A DNA stretch of 64,000 nt from Paragordius varius. Its lineage: Eukaryota > Animalia > Nematomorpha. Numbering within the stretch: position 1 is the stretch's first letter; each line of letters opens with the position of its first letter. Made by a program: the position numbers and the translations under genes. Below, in pieces: positions 24,260-37,700 of the stretch. Under the pieces are notes generated by a model. That model was not told the DNA's origin. It was given only the letters and a program-made list of their open reading frames with translations, and ran no database searches. The DNA lies in contig OZ176053.1 of the NCBI GenBank assembly GCA_964247055.1, positions 10,292,001 through 10,356,000 on the forward strand, in the 5' to 3' direction.

Positions 24260-27200
24260 CTCAACAGGTTTTGCACATTCCCATTTTTTGCATTTTCTAG
24301 TACCTATTGGCATGGAAAGGCCTAAACAAAAAAATTTGAGGCCCCCAATAGGATTTTTATAAAATTTAATTTTTAATTTTTTATTTAATTATAAAAAACA
24401 ATTATTCCTGTAGAAATATTTAAATATTTAAACGAGAAAGTCAAAAATGGTGTTTCAAAGCAGGTTTTTTATTATGATTCTAGAACTAAAATGCAAAAAT
24501 AATCTATATATACCAGTCCCAGTGTACGATACCACAGAAGATTTTTTTTATTAACGAATACTCTGCAGAAAATGTTATTGATGATTTATATAATAGAACT
24601 TTATAAAAATGTCGTCTATTTTATATTAAAATATAAACTGCCCAAAATCGCTGCTGAAGGTTTGTTATTTCTTCTGCACAAGAAATACCTTATCGAGCGG
24701 GCTTGTTATTCGACAAAGAAATAGACAATATACAATAAATAAATAACAATTTATTTAATATGTTAATTAAAAATTCTATATGTAATAAATAAAAACATCT
24801 TTAAGAATATAGCATTAAAATATATTGCTAAGAGCTAAAGTAAAAATTAAAAATATTTAAAATCGAAAAGGGCTAATATATGGTAGGTGGTATGATCCCG
24901 GCGGCTTGCACAACTGAAAAATCCCCCAGGCAATCCTATAATCATGCCAGATATGATAAAGGTATACAAAAATGAGATGATTAAAGCCCTGTAGAGAATG
25001 CAATATAACGTAGTTGACTTCAGCAAAATCTAAAATTGACATGCCAAATTAACCAATTCCAAAATAGAGCTAGACAGATTTGACCATGTAATCGGATAAG
25101 AAGTTTAAATAAGTTATCACCTTATTGCATAAACAGCCAATCATTTAAAAAATAAACAAAATCCACTAAGTATAGGTAAGAGGATTTTTTGTAAAATCAA
25201 CCTAAGAGAAAAACTCTAATAAGTACTAGAAACCAAAACTAACAAAATTAATATAGCCTATCTGAAAGCCAAAGGTTTAAACCATAGAATACCTCTTTAC
25301 TAATTTTTATAAATTTAAACGTGTTTATAATTAACTAAAAAAGACTAAATTTCGACGATTTGTTGCTCATTTTGTTAGGAGTTTTGCAAATTCGATGGGT
25401 TTACAAAATAAAACAACATGTGATCTATAACACTAGTCGACAAATTTGGACATATTTGAGCACCACTCCTTAAAATTTTAAAATATGACTAATTTCAGTG
25501 TTCTAAAACCGAATCTGAAAAAGATTATGATCCCCCCCAATCAGAATTTTGAGATATTATAGGTTTTTAAATTTATTTCCAAAACCAGAGAAAACCGAGA
25601 GAAAATCAAATAATATAATAAAAATTTATTTTATTATATAATTAATATCATTTAATAAAGCGTAAACTCTATCTTTTGAACATAAATATGTCATTTAAAT
25701 ATCAGAGAGACAAAAATATTACGGATATGAACGTCAAAATTTAGTCTTGTTAATTTTAAAGTATAAATATATACTAAAAGCTAAAAGAGGCCTTCAATGG
25801 TTTAAACTTTCGGGTTTCAGATAGGCTATATTTATTTTGTTAGTTTTCGTTATTTCTACTAATTAGGGTTTTTCTCTTCGGTTTCTTACAAAAAATCTTA
25901 CTTTTACCTAGTGGATATTATTTATTTTTAAAATGATTTGCTGCGTTAATATTTGAATTTCAGATGAATGTTGGGCAGCCACTTATATTATCTGGATTAT
26001 GGATAATATACTACCATAATTTTATTAAATGCATTAATATTTCAACTCATCTAATCTTCTTATCCGATTACATGGTCAAATCTGTCTAACTATATTCTGT
26101 GAATTGGTTAATTTGACATGTCACTTTTAGATTTTGCTGAACTACTTTATATTGAAAGTCTCTCCTACCGGGCTTTAATCACCTCATTATTGTATACCTT
26201 GATTATAGGATTGCTTGGGGGATTTTTGCAGAGTTTGCGCATGCCGCCGGGATATCATACCACACACCAAACATTAGCCCTTTTCGATTTTTAATACTCT
26301 TTGGTTCTTAGAAATATATTTTAATGCTATATTCTTAAAGTTTTATATCCTCTTTTATTTAATACATAGATTTTTTAATTAATCTATATATTTATAAAAA
26401 TGGAAAATGCTGGCTTTGTGATCTGGTACAGGAAAAACGGTAGACCCATTCAAATCCAAACTTCGAAAAAATATAATCATTAATAAATGTCCCGACAATA
26501 GCTTCGCCCTTTTTTTGAAATAGGCCCCCAGTTCGGGCCCACCCCGTGTGAAAAACGGGTTTTTTTTTTTAAACACAAGTCCACAAAAATCGTGTCTTTG
26601 AGACAATTTTCTGGATAACGTGTTAGACCATTCAATTTCAAATATGATTTTTGTTTACTAATTTTCGATTGCGCCCAACATAGTCGAGTCACTTTTTTGA
26701 TTTAGGCCCTCTTTTTACCCGCTACCCCCGTAAAATACCATTTTTTTATCCACAAAAATAATTTTTTGATTGTATTTTTCGCCCTAAGTATGAGACCGTA
26801 AAAATTCAATATGGATTCCACGTACCTGTTAAAAGGCAAAAATTTTAGTCAAGTGTTTCTTTGATGATAGCTGCTGGATAAGGAGCTACCCGCTAAAAAC
26901 TGATTTCTCATGTAACTTTGTGATCTGTTTCCGGAAAACCGGTGAACCCATTCAAATCCAAACATCGAAAAAATTTAATCATTAATGAATGCCCCGACAA
27001 TAGCTTGGCCCTTTTTTGGAATTAGGTCCCCAGTTTGGGCCTACCCCGTGTGAGAAATGGGTTAAGTCAATTTTTTGGAGAACGTGTTGGACCATTCAAT
27101 TTCAAATATGATTTTTGTTTACTTATTTTTGATCGCGCTGAACATAGTCGACTCACTTTTTTGATTTAGGCCCTCTTTTTACCCGCTACCCCCGTAAACT

Positions 27201-27984
27201 GCCATTTTTTTCAGGAAACCAAGTCCACAAAAATAATTTTTTGATCGTATTTTTTTGCCCAAGGTATGAGACTGTAAAAATTCGAGAAGGATTTCGTATT
27301 GCCTGTTAAAAGGCAAAAATGTTAGTCAGGCGTTTCTTTGATGATAGCTGCTGGGTAAGTCGCTACCCGCTAAAAACGATTCCTCATGTAACTTTGTGAT
27401 CTTCTACCGGAAAACCGGTAGACCCATTCAAATCCAAACTTCGAACCCCCCCCCCCCCCCTCCCCAGAAGTCCGAAGGACTTCCTCGGGCTGCGTAGCAG
27501 CACGAGATTTACGCTAGTATTTCCAATAAATTAATATTTATTTATTATATACCATTTCTTTATCGAATAAATAACAAGCCCGCTTGATAAGATGTATTTC
27601 ACGTGCAAAAGAGATAACAAACCTTCAGCAACGATTTCAAGGATCGACGACATTTTTAGAAAGATCTATTATATGGATTATCAATAACCTGCAGAGTCGT
27701 CGTTAATAAAAAATCTTCTGTGGTATCGTACACTGGGGCTGGTTTTGGATCATTTTGCATTTTCGTTTTAAAATTAAAATCAAAAACCTGCTGAATACCA
27801 CTTTTGACTTGCTCGTTTAATATTTAAATATATCTACAGGAATAATTGTTTTTTAAAATTAAATACAAAATTTAAAATTAAATTTTAAAAAAATCCTATT
27901 GGGGGCCTCAAATTTTTTGTTTTGGCCTTATGCCATTAGGTAACGGAAAATGCAAAAAATGGGGTGGTGCAAAACCTTGTTGAG
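24260..27984. mobile_element. Foldback-like element: ~1.1 kb imperfect inverted arms, ~375 nt spacer, Helitron inserted in the right arm
   Basis: 24260-25357 is the diverged reverse complement of 25732-26382 plus 27518-27984. Examples: TTTGAGGCCCCCAATAGGA vs TCCTATTGGGGGCCTCAAA; CCAGTGTACGATACCACAGAAGA vs TCTTCTGTGGTATCGTACACTGG; AGACAGATTTGACCATGTAA vs TTACATGGTCAAATCTGTCT; TAGCCTATCTGAAA vs TTTCAGATAGGCTA. No ORF; TSD not identified. Confidence 0.85.
26383..27517 (+). mobile_element. Non-autonomous Helitron, copy 1 (internal ~500-nt unit duplicated)
   Basis: Inserted between A and T, begins TCTATATATTTATAAAAATG, ends with hairpins (27467-27483, 27484-27506) then CTAG. A repeated block TTTGTGATCT...CCCATTCAAATCCAAAC starts at 26415, 26917 and 27393. 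Confidence 0.9.
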
Positions 27985-28089
27985 TTAACATTGCATTTAA
28001 AATTAATTTATGATAAAAAAAACTCTTTACATGTTTAATATAAATTAACTTTAGATTTTGTGAATTTATTTAAAATGTTAATTTATTTT

Positions 28090-28835
28090 AAACGAGATTA
28101 ATATTTATTCGAATTTAAGTTAGTGTTAATAAAAAACTACTGAAGAAAACGGATTTAAATTTATTTTATCCTAATAAAAATTATATAAATATGCCAATAT
28201 ATATAAATAAAATTTTGTTTAAAACATGTTCCATGTCAAACTACTTCGACGCCATTTTTTTCAAGATTTTTGCAAATTATCAGTTAATTTTAAGGGTATA
28301 ATTAAGGCTAATTTTTTATTAATTACATCTAACATTGATAGAAATAGAAAAAGCGGTTTATTTTGTATTATTTTTTAATCACATGTCACGTTGACAAAAT
28401 TTTTACTTTTCGGTTTTAGCTTAAAATCAATAATATCAAGTATTTTTAAATAAATTTTTTATATATTTCGGTTTATTAATGTTTAAGTGTAAAATTTTGC
28501 CATGACTTCAATTCCTTCCATATTTTTTAAAGAATTTAAAAACAGGCCTGGGGTATACAACTACCCCAATTTTCATCGAAGGACTGATATGAATGTGTTG
28601 TAACAAAGTGTTAAATGTGCTAATATAAAATAAACTTTACTTTAGGTTTAGGATCAAATAAACGCGATATTTTGCATATATTGTAAAAAAAAATGGCGTC
28701 CAAATAGTTAAATACGGAACTTTTTTTAGGACAAAAATATAAATTTAAACTGAAACCGTTTGTTTCAGTAGTTTTTAAAAATATCAGCTTAAGTATTGTC
28801 TTAAGTATTTAGATACCCCAATTTGAATCGAAGTT
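28090..28835. mobile_element. Dispersed repeat A, right copy; MITE-like with ~150-nt imperfect TIRs
   Basis: Direct repeat of 23470-24070. Its 3' part (28640-28790, AAAATGGCGTC...TCAGTAGTTTTT) is the reverse complement of its 5' part (AAAAACTACTGA...GACGCCATTTT). Confidence 0.7.
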
Positions 28836-29702
28836 TTAATATATTATAAAAAAAATTATATAAGCGAAGATGCTGAACATTTTTAATACCTCTGAATTTT
28901 AATTAAAATATTCGTTCATCTTTATTGTTAAATAAATATAGTGGTTTTTACAAAAAATTATCAAAATTTAAAGAAAACAAATTCTAAATTGCGATAGTTC
29001 ACCATCATCGAATTATATATAAAAATATTAATATCTTGATGCGTTTGACGGTTTCCATTATTATAAAAGGAAGTGCGCTTTATTAAAATTTTATAATAAA
29101 TGTTCAGTAATTAATAATTTTGGTTGATATTAAAGTTTAACATATGTATAAAATTTTATCTCGCGATCCTGGCATTTTTGCCTTAATTTAAGAAGACTAG
29201 CTTAATTTAGAAAAGTAAAAAAACTATGATTTGAGAGCCCACATTCAAAAATTCAAATCTTTTAAAAATATTGTTTTGCTTTTTAGTAGATTTCATGATT
29301 TATTTTAGTGATAATTTTTGGAAGCTTCTAGCTTTCACTAAAAAAATCTATTTTAAAATATGTGCATAATTTTGCCATTACATGGACAACTTATCATAAA
29401 AAGGTTATTCCCTTTCTTAAATCACTGGTAACAGCCAAAACCAAAAGCACCATGATAATCTTTCTTATTAGAATATATATTGGATCATGTTATTTTTTCG
29501 GACATTCTGTTAGCTAATTATCTCATAATTTATTCTAATACCATTAAAAAATTAAAACATAGTGTAGATGGATTTTTAGAGTCTAAAAACTTAATTAAGG
29601 AAACGCTTGAAATCCATTTTATGAAGTTCTTACTAATAAAACACATTCTTACCACCATATGTGATTCAGCTGAAGTACTCTACCCGACTTTTACAGGCAA
29701 GC

Positions 29703-31721
29703 ATGGTAAATATTTTTTTATATATTTAGGATACATCAATTATGCCATATTTATCTGCTAAAATTAATAATAACGGGTTTAAATTATATACAAATGGTTA
29801 TAATTTAAACATTAGTGGGAAATATTATTCTGATGATGCATTTTCTAACAGTATTTATACACGAAACAGCGAATCTCATTGCACTGAAATGGTAAAGGAT
29901 AACATGGCTTGTCCTAGCTTAGAAATAACTTCGCTGAATACTAAAAAGCAAAGTTCTTTATGTCGATTATTTATTGACAAAGAATATTTTTGTAAATTTT
30001 ATCAAAACTATATTGTCAACAACATTGATCTCATTACGTTGCATAAATTAGGTATATTTAATACAACTATTTTTTGTAAAAAATTAAATGCAAATAAGTG
30101 TTCCCAATCCAAAATTTTCAACTGCGTGATAATTGATAATAACAATATTAATTACCAAGTACAAAATGAAAATATATTTAAACGGTTTAAAAAATTACCC
30201 TCCCTTACCTCCCCTAAAATAATAAACGGTTTGAAAGACCAAACGGCAACAATCAAACAGCACTTGCAAGATACGACATTGGTGTCTGCGACCCCATTTA
30301 AAAAACGTCACCAAACTCTAAAGTACGAATGTTCGAAACCCATATTAAATCACCATAAACTTGCCAGAAAACGTGTTTTAAATGCCCTAAAGTCTTTAGA
30401 AACCTCCTTAGTTTTGACAAACAATAATGTTATTACTGATGCCAATCAAAATATTGCAACAAATGATACGGATAGATCGAACCCTAACACAAGGTATCCT
30501 AAACGAAAAACTAACAAACCCGATTTTTTGGTCCTATCTGTCAAGAAAAGGGCTTCCCTTATAAACTCATCGCCAAATATTGAACCATTATCAATTGAAG
30601 AAATTGATTCTCAAACCCCTAAACAATCTTATGTTGGTTTTCGCAAATATGATAAAATTTTCCAAACTGTTATTGATAGAGTTTGCACTAATGCAGGAAA
30701 TAATAATATAGAGGATATCTCCAATCTATCTAATTCAATGACGAATGGGATAGATCATAATACTTTTATGGTTTCAACTAGGTACGTTTGTTTTTCAATT
30801 AAGTATACACAAAATAATTTAAACGGTGTTTTTGAAATAGTGATGGTTTTAATATAATATCTATAAGATTTGTTAATATATTTTAAAAAGATGTTAAATA
30901 ATTGAATTATGTTTATCTAATCATTGAGCGAGCTACTGATATATTTATAATTTATTATACATCAATTTTAAATAGTAATAAATTAAAATTATTTAATTGA
31001 GTCGGTAACTACGAGGGTTAGTAATGTAAATGAAGTTAAATTACTTCATTTATAAAACATATATTATTTTTAAAAAGCATTTTATAATATCATATGTTTA
31101 CTGTCTGTACCCATAAAACTTCTGTACTATAAATATCTGATGATATTCCATATATTTCGTGTTATTGTTTTGTTGAAACCTCCATTTTTATAAATAAGCT
31201 TTTTATTTACAAATAATTGTTTGTTTTTTATTGCTTAAAACACAATATGTTATACAGTAACGAGCACTCTTAGAGGCCGTATCTATATTTTAAATGGTTA
31301 AATTTAATCTACTTGTCACAGCCTTGTATAATATTTTTCAATATAAGTTATATTTTTAAAAATTTTGGAGAAAAAATAGAATGTTTAATTAAATATGTAA
31401 TTAATAAAATGAAATTTTTTTACATGGCAACAGACATGTATTTTACCCTTTTAGCCATATAAAATACAGATATTACCTATAATAGTGCGATTTACTGTAT
31501 AATAATAATTTTAGTTTATGGTTTTGTTACCCTCATAATTGGTTGGTCAATAAATATTGGCAGTATAAGTGGGGTCTTATTTATATATTTTAATTATGTT
31601 ATAACATTAACGTTCTGGTTATACAGTGAATATTTTAATGTTAAATTCGCCGACATTTTTTTCATCATATGTGGTTAATTTATATCTAAACTTTTGTATA
31701 ATAAATGCGAATTTCTTTACA

Positions 31722-31759
<38 letters not shown>

Positions 31760-34700
31760 GGTTTATGATATGTGAAAACTAATTTTATGTTTTATAGTCC
31801 ACAAGTGTCTCCCGCCGTAGTAATCCCTTATAGAAAAACTGCCAAGGAAGAAATACCACATTTCCAAGCAATAAAAGATAATATTTACACCTTTGATTTG
31901 GATGAGAAGTAAAACTTTAAAAAAATAATTATTTACTTGTTATTTTATTATTTATAGTATTATGAAATAGATTTTGATTGTGGATTTCGGTTAATTCACT
32001 ACATGTAATGTTCACTCTAAATAATTTAAGGAATTTGAAAGATATCGCCACATTGGTATTTACAGTATGGCAAAGGCAAAGTTTTAATAATTTTTTATGT
32101 AAAAGTTTTTTTACAGTGATTGTTAACAGTAGACAATTTAGTAAAATTTTGCACTTAACTTTTATATTTCTTGTGTTAAGTTTAATATTTTCTGTATTTT
32201 TAATGTTTTTCCTATTTTTCGCGATTTTTATTTTTATCTCAGCTACTTACGAACAAACGGAGTTTTGTTATTATCCAAATGAATGGCTACGATATGATTG
32301 CCTTATTATTTATTTTTTGATGACAGAACTCAAAATTATATAAAACTATATAAAATTATTATTTTTTGAACAATAATTGGCAACAAATATAACTCATTAT
32401 GATTACCATGAAACATAATTTATTGATTACCCAAGCTAACGTCATGAGAGATATAATTTTTGTTCAAATTAACTTAATATATTTTTTAACATAAAAATAC
32501 TTGCCCCCTTGCCTTAATATATCTTAATTAATATATACATACTATAAAAATAGAAATTTTATTTTATTTTATTCAACAGATTTCGAAGAAAAAAATGTAT
32601 AAAATTAAAATGACATTTATAATAATTATGTAATGTATAGCAATGGAGATAAAACATTTAAAAAACATTCAAAACGCATGGTATGTGATTGTTTTATCGA
32701 TGAAAAGGATATTACATCAACAAATAATGTGCCCAACAATAAGTTAAATGGATGTGGTCAAGATTGTTTAAATCGAATCCTTATGATTGAATGGTATTTA
32801 CATTTTATATTAATTATTTATTGATTTGATTCGATATTTATAAATGGTAAATGTAATTTTCAGGATGTTTAAAGAATGTCAAAAGTTTTAAGAGTTTACA
32901 TATATGTTTTTTTGTAGTTTGGGCGTAAGTTATGGAACATAAGTTAATTATTTAAAACTATAATTTTTAAAAACTTGTCCTATATTCCCTTAAAATATAT
33001 TGTATGATTAAAGGGCAATTTTTAATCTTTGATATAAATTTATTTTAGTCACAAGATTTTAATATTTAACGAAACTAATTATGTTAGAGCCTAACAATTT
33101 TTGAACAAATTTTTTTATGATTTTACCACTAAATAGTAAAAATATAAAAACGAGCTATTTTAAATATCAATTATTAAGTTAAAAACCTTTTTTTTAATTT
33201 TTAATATTATATTTTTAACATTAAAAATGCTTTTATCCTGCAGGCAGAATGGTCTTTTATATTGTTGTTCACCGTATTTACAAAAACGATATTATTCAAA
33301 TTCTTAGAGTTAAATTAAAAAAATTTTGCAAAAAAGTTATTTATATTAATCTTAAAAAAATAATTTACAATCGTTATGCCATGTTTTGCTGCGAAAATGT
33401 TTGCAAGTTGTATTTTGTTGTGGCTGTTTAAATAATGTAATAATTTAAATTTCAGTTCGAATATCTTTTATATTTTCCCTTTACATTGTTTAAACTTTTT
33501 ATTTTGTTTTTTAATGATCTTATAACAGTAATTAATGTAAAAATAGGAAATAATACCTTTTTATCGTTAGTATATTATAACGTTTGTTGTCTAACATTTT
33601 TCATAAATGTTTTTTTGCATTAACGTTAGGCTTATATGCCATTTTTACGAAAAAAGGGGTGAACCATATGCCATAAGCGAAATCTTATTTGAATATTTAA
33701 TTTGAGTTTATATATATAAAATTTTTGTGACATATTACTCATTTTGGAATTTCGTATAGCTCAACAAGATGTCCATGTGGTGAATATTGTACTAACAAAC
33801 GATTTCAAAAAGTAAAATATTTATAATGTAATTATTGTTGACTTTGATTTGATATGATATTTATTATATGTTAATATGGCAAGGGGCTTAATTATTTTGA
33901 CAATTATTTATGTTTTTATTCAAATTCGATAAACCTCATTGGTTTAAATGTTTGTAGTGGAAATAAAAATAACTTGTTAATTTTTATTACACTAATGTAA
34001 AAGGTTTTACTATAGTTAAAAACTATTCATGGGTAGTTTGCATCTGTACCTCCATATATTTGTAGGAAATATTACAATTTACTTAATTATGATTATTTCT
34101 AAATTACAAATATTGGTAATTATCATTTAAACAGAAATTCTTATAATTTTGTTTATGAAATTAATAATTTTTTATATAAATGAGTTTGGATTTACAGTAT
34201 GGGCAATTTGCAACACAGGATTGTATGGTAAAATGAAAGGAAATAATGATCATTCAACATTTTGCTGTTCTTTCCATACACTACTGTGTTGCAAATTGCC
34301 CTACTATAGTGTGAAATAAGCAACCATTAAAATGCATACTGTAAGTTGCATTTTTGTTATTGTGCTTAAAATCAACCAAATAATACCAAGAATATTTTTT
34401 TCAACAGAGGCAGTACTGTGATATTGAACCCTTCATGACCTTTAACAAAGGGTGGGGCCTACGCACGTTACAAGATATTGAACCGTATGTTTTTTATATT
34501 TTATTACATTATAAAATGAATTCTATTTTATTGGTTTATTTCCAAACATTTTTTTTATAGGGGTACTTTTATTGTTGAATATGTCGGTGAGGTGATAGAT
34601 TCGCGTGAATTTAATCGAAGGCAAAAACAATATCAAAAGGATGAAAGGGTAAACTAAAAAACGGAAATATATATAAACTTATGCTATTTTTAAGTTTTTT

Positions 34701-37700
34701 TTAAATTTTTATCTACTAAATAAGATTTATTAATAGTTATATACTTTTGAATGTTTTAGATTCATTATTACTTTATGTCATTGAAACAAAGCCAAATAAT
34801 AGATGCCACTTACAAAGGCTCATATTCTCGCTTCATTAATCATTCATGCGATCCTAATTGTGAAACACAAAAAGTTAGTTTTAAACATTAATTTTTTCTT
34901 GCTTCAGCATATTTTTGTAAAGATGCAACAATAATAATACCCTTAATTTTTAATTTTCTGACCTTATAGTGGACAGTTAACGGGCAATTGAGGATTGGAT
35001 TTTTTTCCAAAAAATTTATTCCGAAATATACTGAACTGTGTTTTGATTATCAATCCCAACGATATGGGTAACTATTTCTTGTTTTATCACTAGACTTTTT
35101 TTCGAATACATATTTACTTTATTATTTTGTTTTAGAGAAAAACCTCAAAAATGTTTTTGTGGTTCTCCTATATGCCGAGGTTTTATCGATAAAAAGGTAT
35201 CGAATGATTCCAATGTGCCCATTATAACGGCGCCAAAATCTTTAGCAACACTCGAAGATGTTCACATTGAGAATGAAATTAAAGAATTGGCAGGTGACAA
35301 AATATACTTTGAATTTCTGATAATTTGATAAGATAATTTAAGCGATTTCCTCCTTATAATGATCTTATTTATGCTGATTTCGACCCTTTTTTAAAAAATT
35401 GAACTTTTCCAAAAATTGAATTGTTTTAGTCAATTGTTATGTTATATCTATAATTAAAGACTAATATACTTACAAACCGGATAATTTGTGGAATTTTGTA
35501 ACAATTTATTTTACCTACCTGAACCATATTTAAAAATCCAAAAATTTATAAAAATAAGCATAAAGCGCATTTTATATAAAATGCTATGGTTGGAATATTG
35601 TATAATTATATAAAATGAGACCGCAAATTTTAAAAAATTATATTCTTGTTTTTTTTCTGTTGATAGATGCATGTAATGTCAATTTAAATTGTAATGAGCG
35701 AAAATTATCCGAGACAGAAAATGATTTATCAAAGCCAACTGGCTTACAAACTATGGATCAAGTTATAAAATTATGTCGACTTATGGTGCGATCTGAAAAA
35801 TGCTGCTTTAAAATACAAATCCTTAAACTTTTGCAAGTATATATTTGTTGAAAATAAAACCTTATTTTAAGTTTTCCCTTAAATATTCGTTATATGTTTG
35901 TGGAAGTAATTTTTCTACATATTTCTTATTCTTTTGTGCATTTGACCCTTATTTGTCCCTTTATGTGATAATTTTTGGTATTTTATATACAATACCATTT
36001 TTTGCAAAATATTTTAATTTTTTTGTCAACTGGAAAAACATATAAATGTCTTTTGGCATATTTAGGTTGCCTATCCTTAATTACTTTTTATAAGTTTAAG
36101 ATTTTTCGGTTCCAAGTTTATCACAGAAGGTTTCACTACACACATATATACTCTGTCTTTATAACAGCACACAAATGCAGAACAACTGAGTATATTTATC
36201 AAACTCCAAGGTCTTAACCTTTTATGGACATGGTTGGCCGTTTTACCTGATATAAATTCGTTTATCATAGAAGTAGTCTCAAAAAATGTCGACTTAGAAA
36301 AAAGTTATATTGGACTCACAGACAGCGAAGTTAGGAAAAAGAAAAACTCTATGAAACGTTTTATAGCCGAAACAAATGAAACTTTGGATTTTATGTCGCG
36401 TGTATGAATTATTTTACATATTTTTACTTTTTTAGCCAATATGCGGAAAAAAATCGATTTTTTAAAGTCTTTAAGGGATTATATGATTTGGATTTAAATT
36501 TTTTATTCACTTAATTATAGATGATAGATGTACTCTCGCTACTTCCCGTAGATAAAAAGAGTGTTTTGGAAAAATCAAAAATACCAAAAGTTATTGAACC
36601 CTGGTCACAATTCACCCTAATTAATTCTACAAAAGAGTTTGATGCGGCATTTCAAAACATAACATTGGAAACGCAAAAATTACTTCAATCATGGAATGAT
36701 ATTAAAGTATTATTATTTATACAGCGAAACAAATTTTTTGATATATTTTAAGATTTTAAATAAAAATAATTTTTTTATTATATCTAAGGAAACTTTCAAA
36801 ATTCCGAAACGCAAAGACGAACAAACTAAAAACAATTGCACGAATCAGAAAAATACATTAGTAAAAATTCTACCTCCTTCAAATAACAATGGTAAATTTA
36901 TTTTTTACTATACAACCTCTTTCTTTTCCATCATGTAATAAACATATGTTTAAAATGAGGTTATATTATGATATGGTGATATCAGTTCATTTATAATATA
37001 CTTTTTTTTATAAACACACTGTTATATATATAATATGCATTAATTTATGTTGGTAAATAAATTTTATTGATTTTTGATTACATGTTTTTTTTACAGTAAA
37101 CAAACTAAAAAATATAACTTTCAGAAGATTTACACCATCCTTATTTTATATTTTTTTAATATACGCGCAAAACTGAAAAAATATATACACCCTTTTTGCT
37201 TTCATTTCATTAAATATATATTATGTAACGTTAACAGCATACACACCTGCAGGGTATATGGAAAACTTTATTAGTACATATAATTTAAGGGATTATACTA
37301 TACTATAAATTAACCATACGTAATTCTGTCAATTTATTGATTTTAGCAGAACTAGCAAAAAATCAAAAACCGCAAGCACCAAAAATTAATGGTGAAAAAA
37401 CCAACCAACACAATCCAAAAAACGATTTTGAAAGGTTGTGTTAAATTTACAAATACTCACCAAAATTTATTGGAAATTTCCAAAATATGTATTTAAAAAT
37501 TATTTTACAATGACGAAAGAATGGAGTTTATTAGAAATGTTGTAAATATATATATTTGCTAAAAATTAAATATGACCTGCCATCGCACTGCATACTATTG
37601 GTGTATCATGTTCATTAATTAAAAAAAAATTTCTACTACTATGCATTTTAAATTGAGTCCTAATTTTCAAGATATAACCGTCGTAAGTTGATATGGGGGA

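Noticed and set aside
26415-27450. Regularly spaced ~50-nt blocks as a CRISPR-like array
   Set aside because: The intervening sequences are homologous to each other (tandem units of a Helitron), the context is eukaryotic, and there are no cas genes.
2959-27984. Functional link between SID-1 (dsRNA uptake) and the nearby foldback hairpin
   Set aside because: Proximity only; most animal SID-1-like proteins are closer to CHUP-1/SIDT and do not by themselves imply systemic RNAi.
29480-29761. 93-aa ORF as a SETD2 exon
   Set aside because: Its frame still hits a stop after the 24-nt intron and does not join the SETD2 frame.
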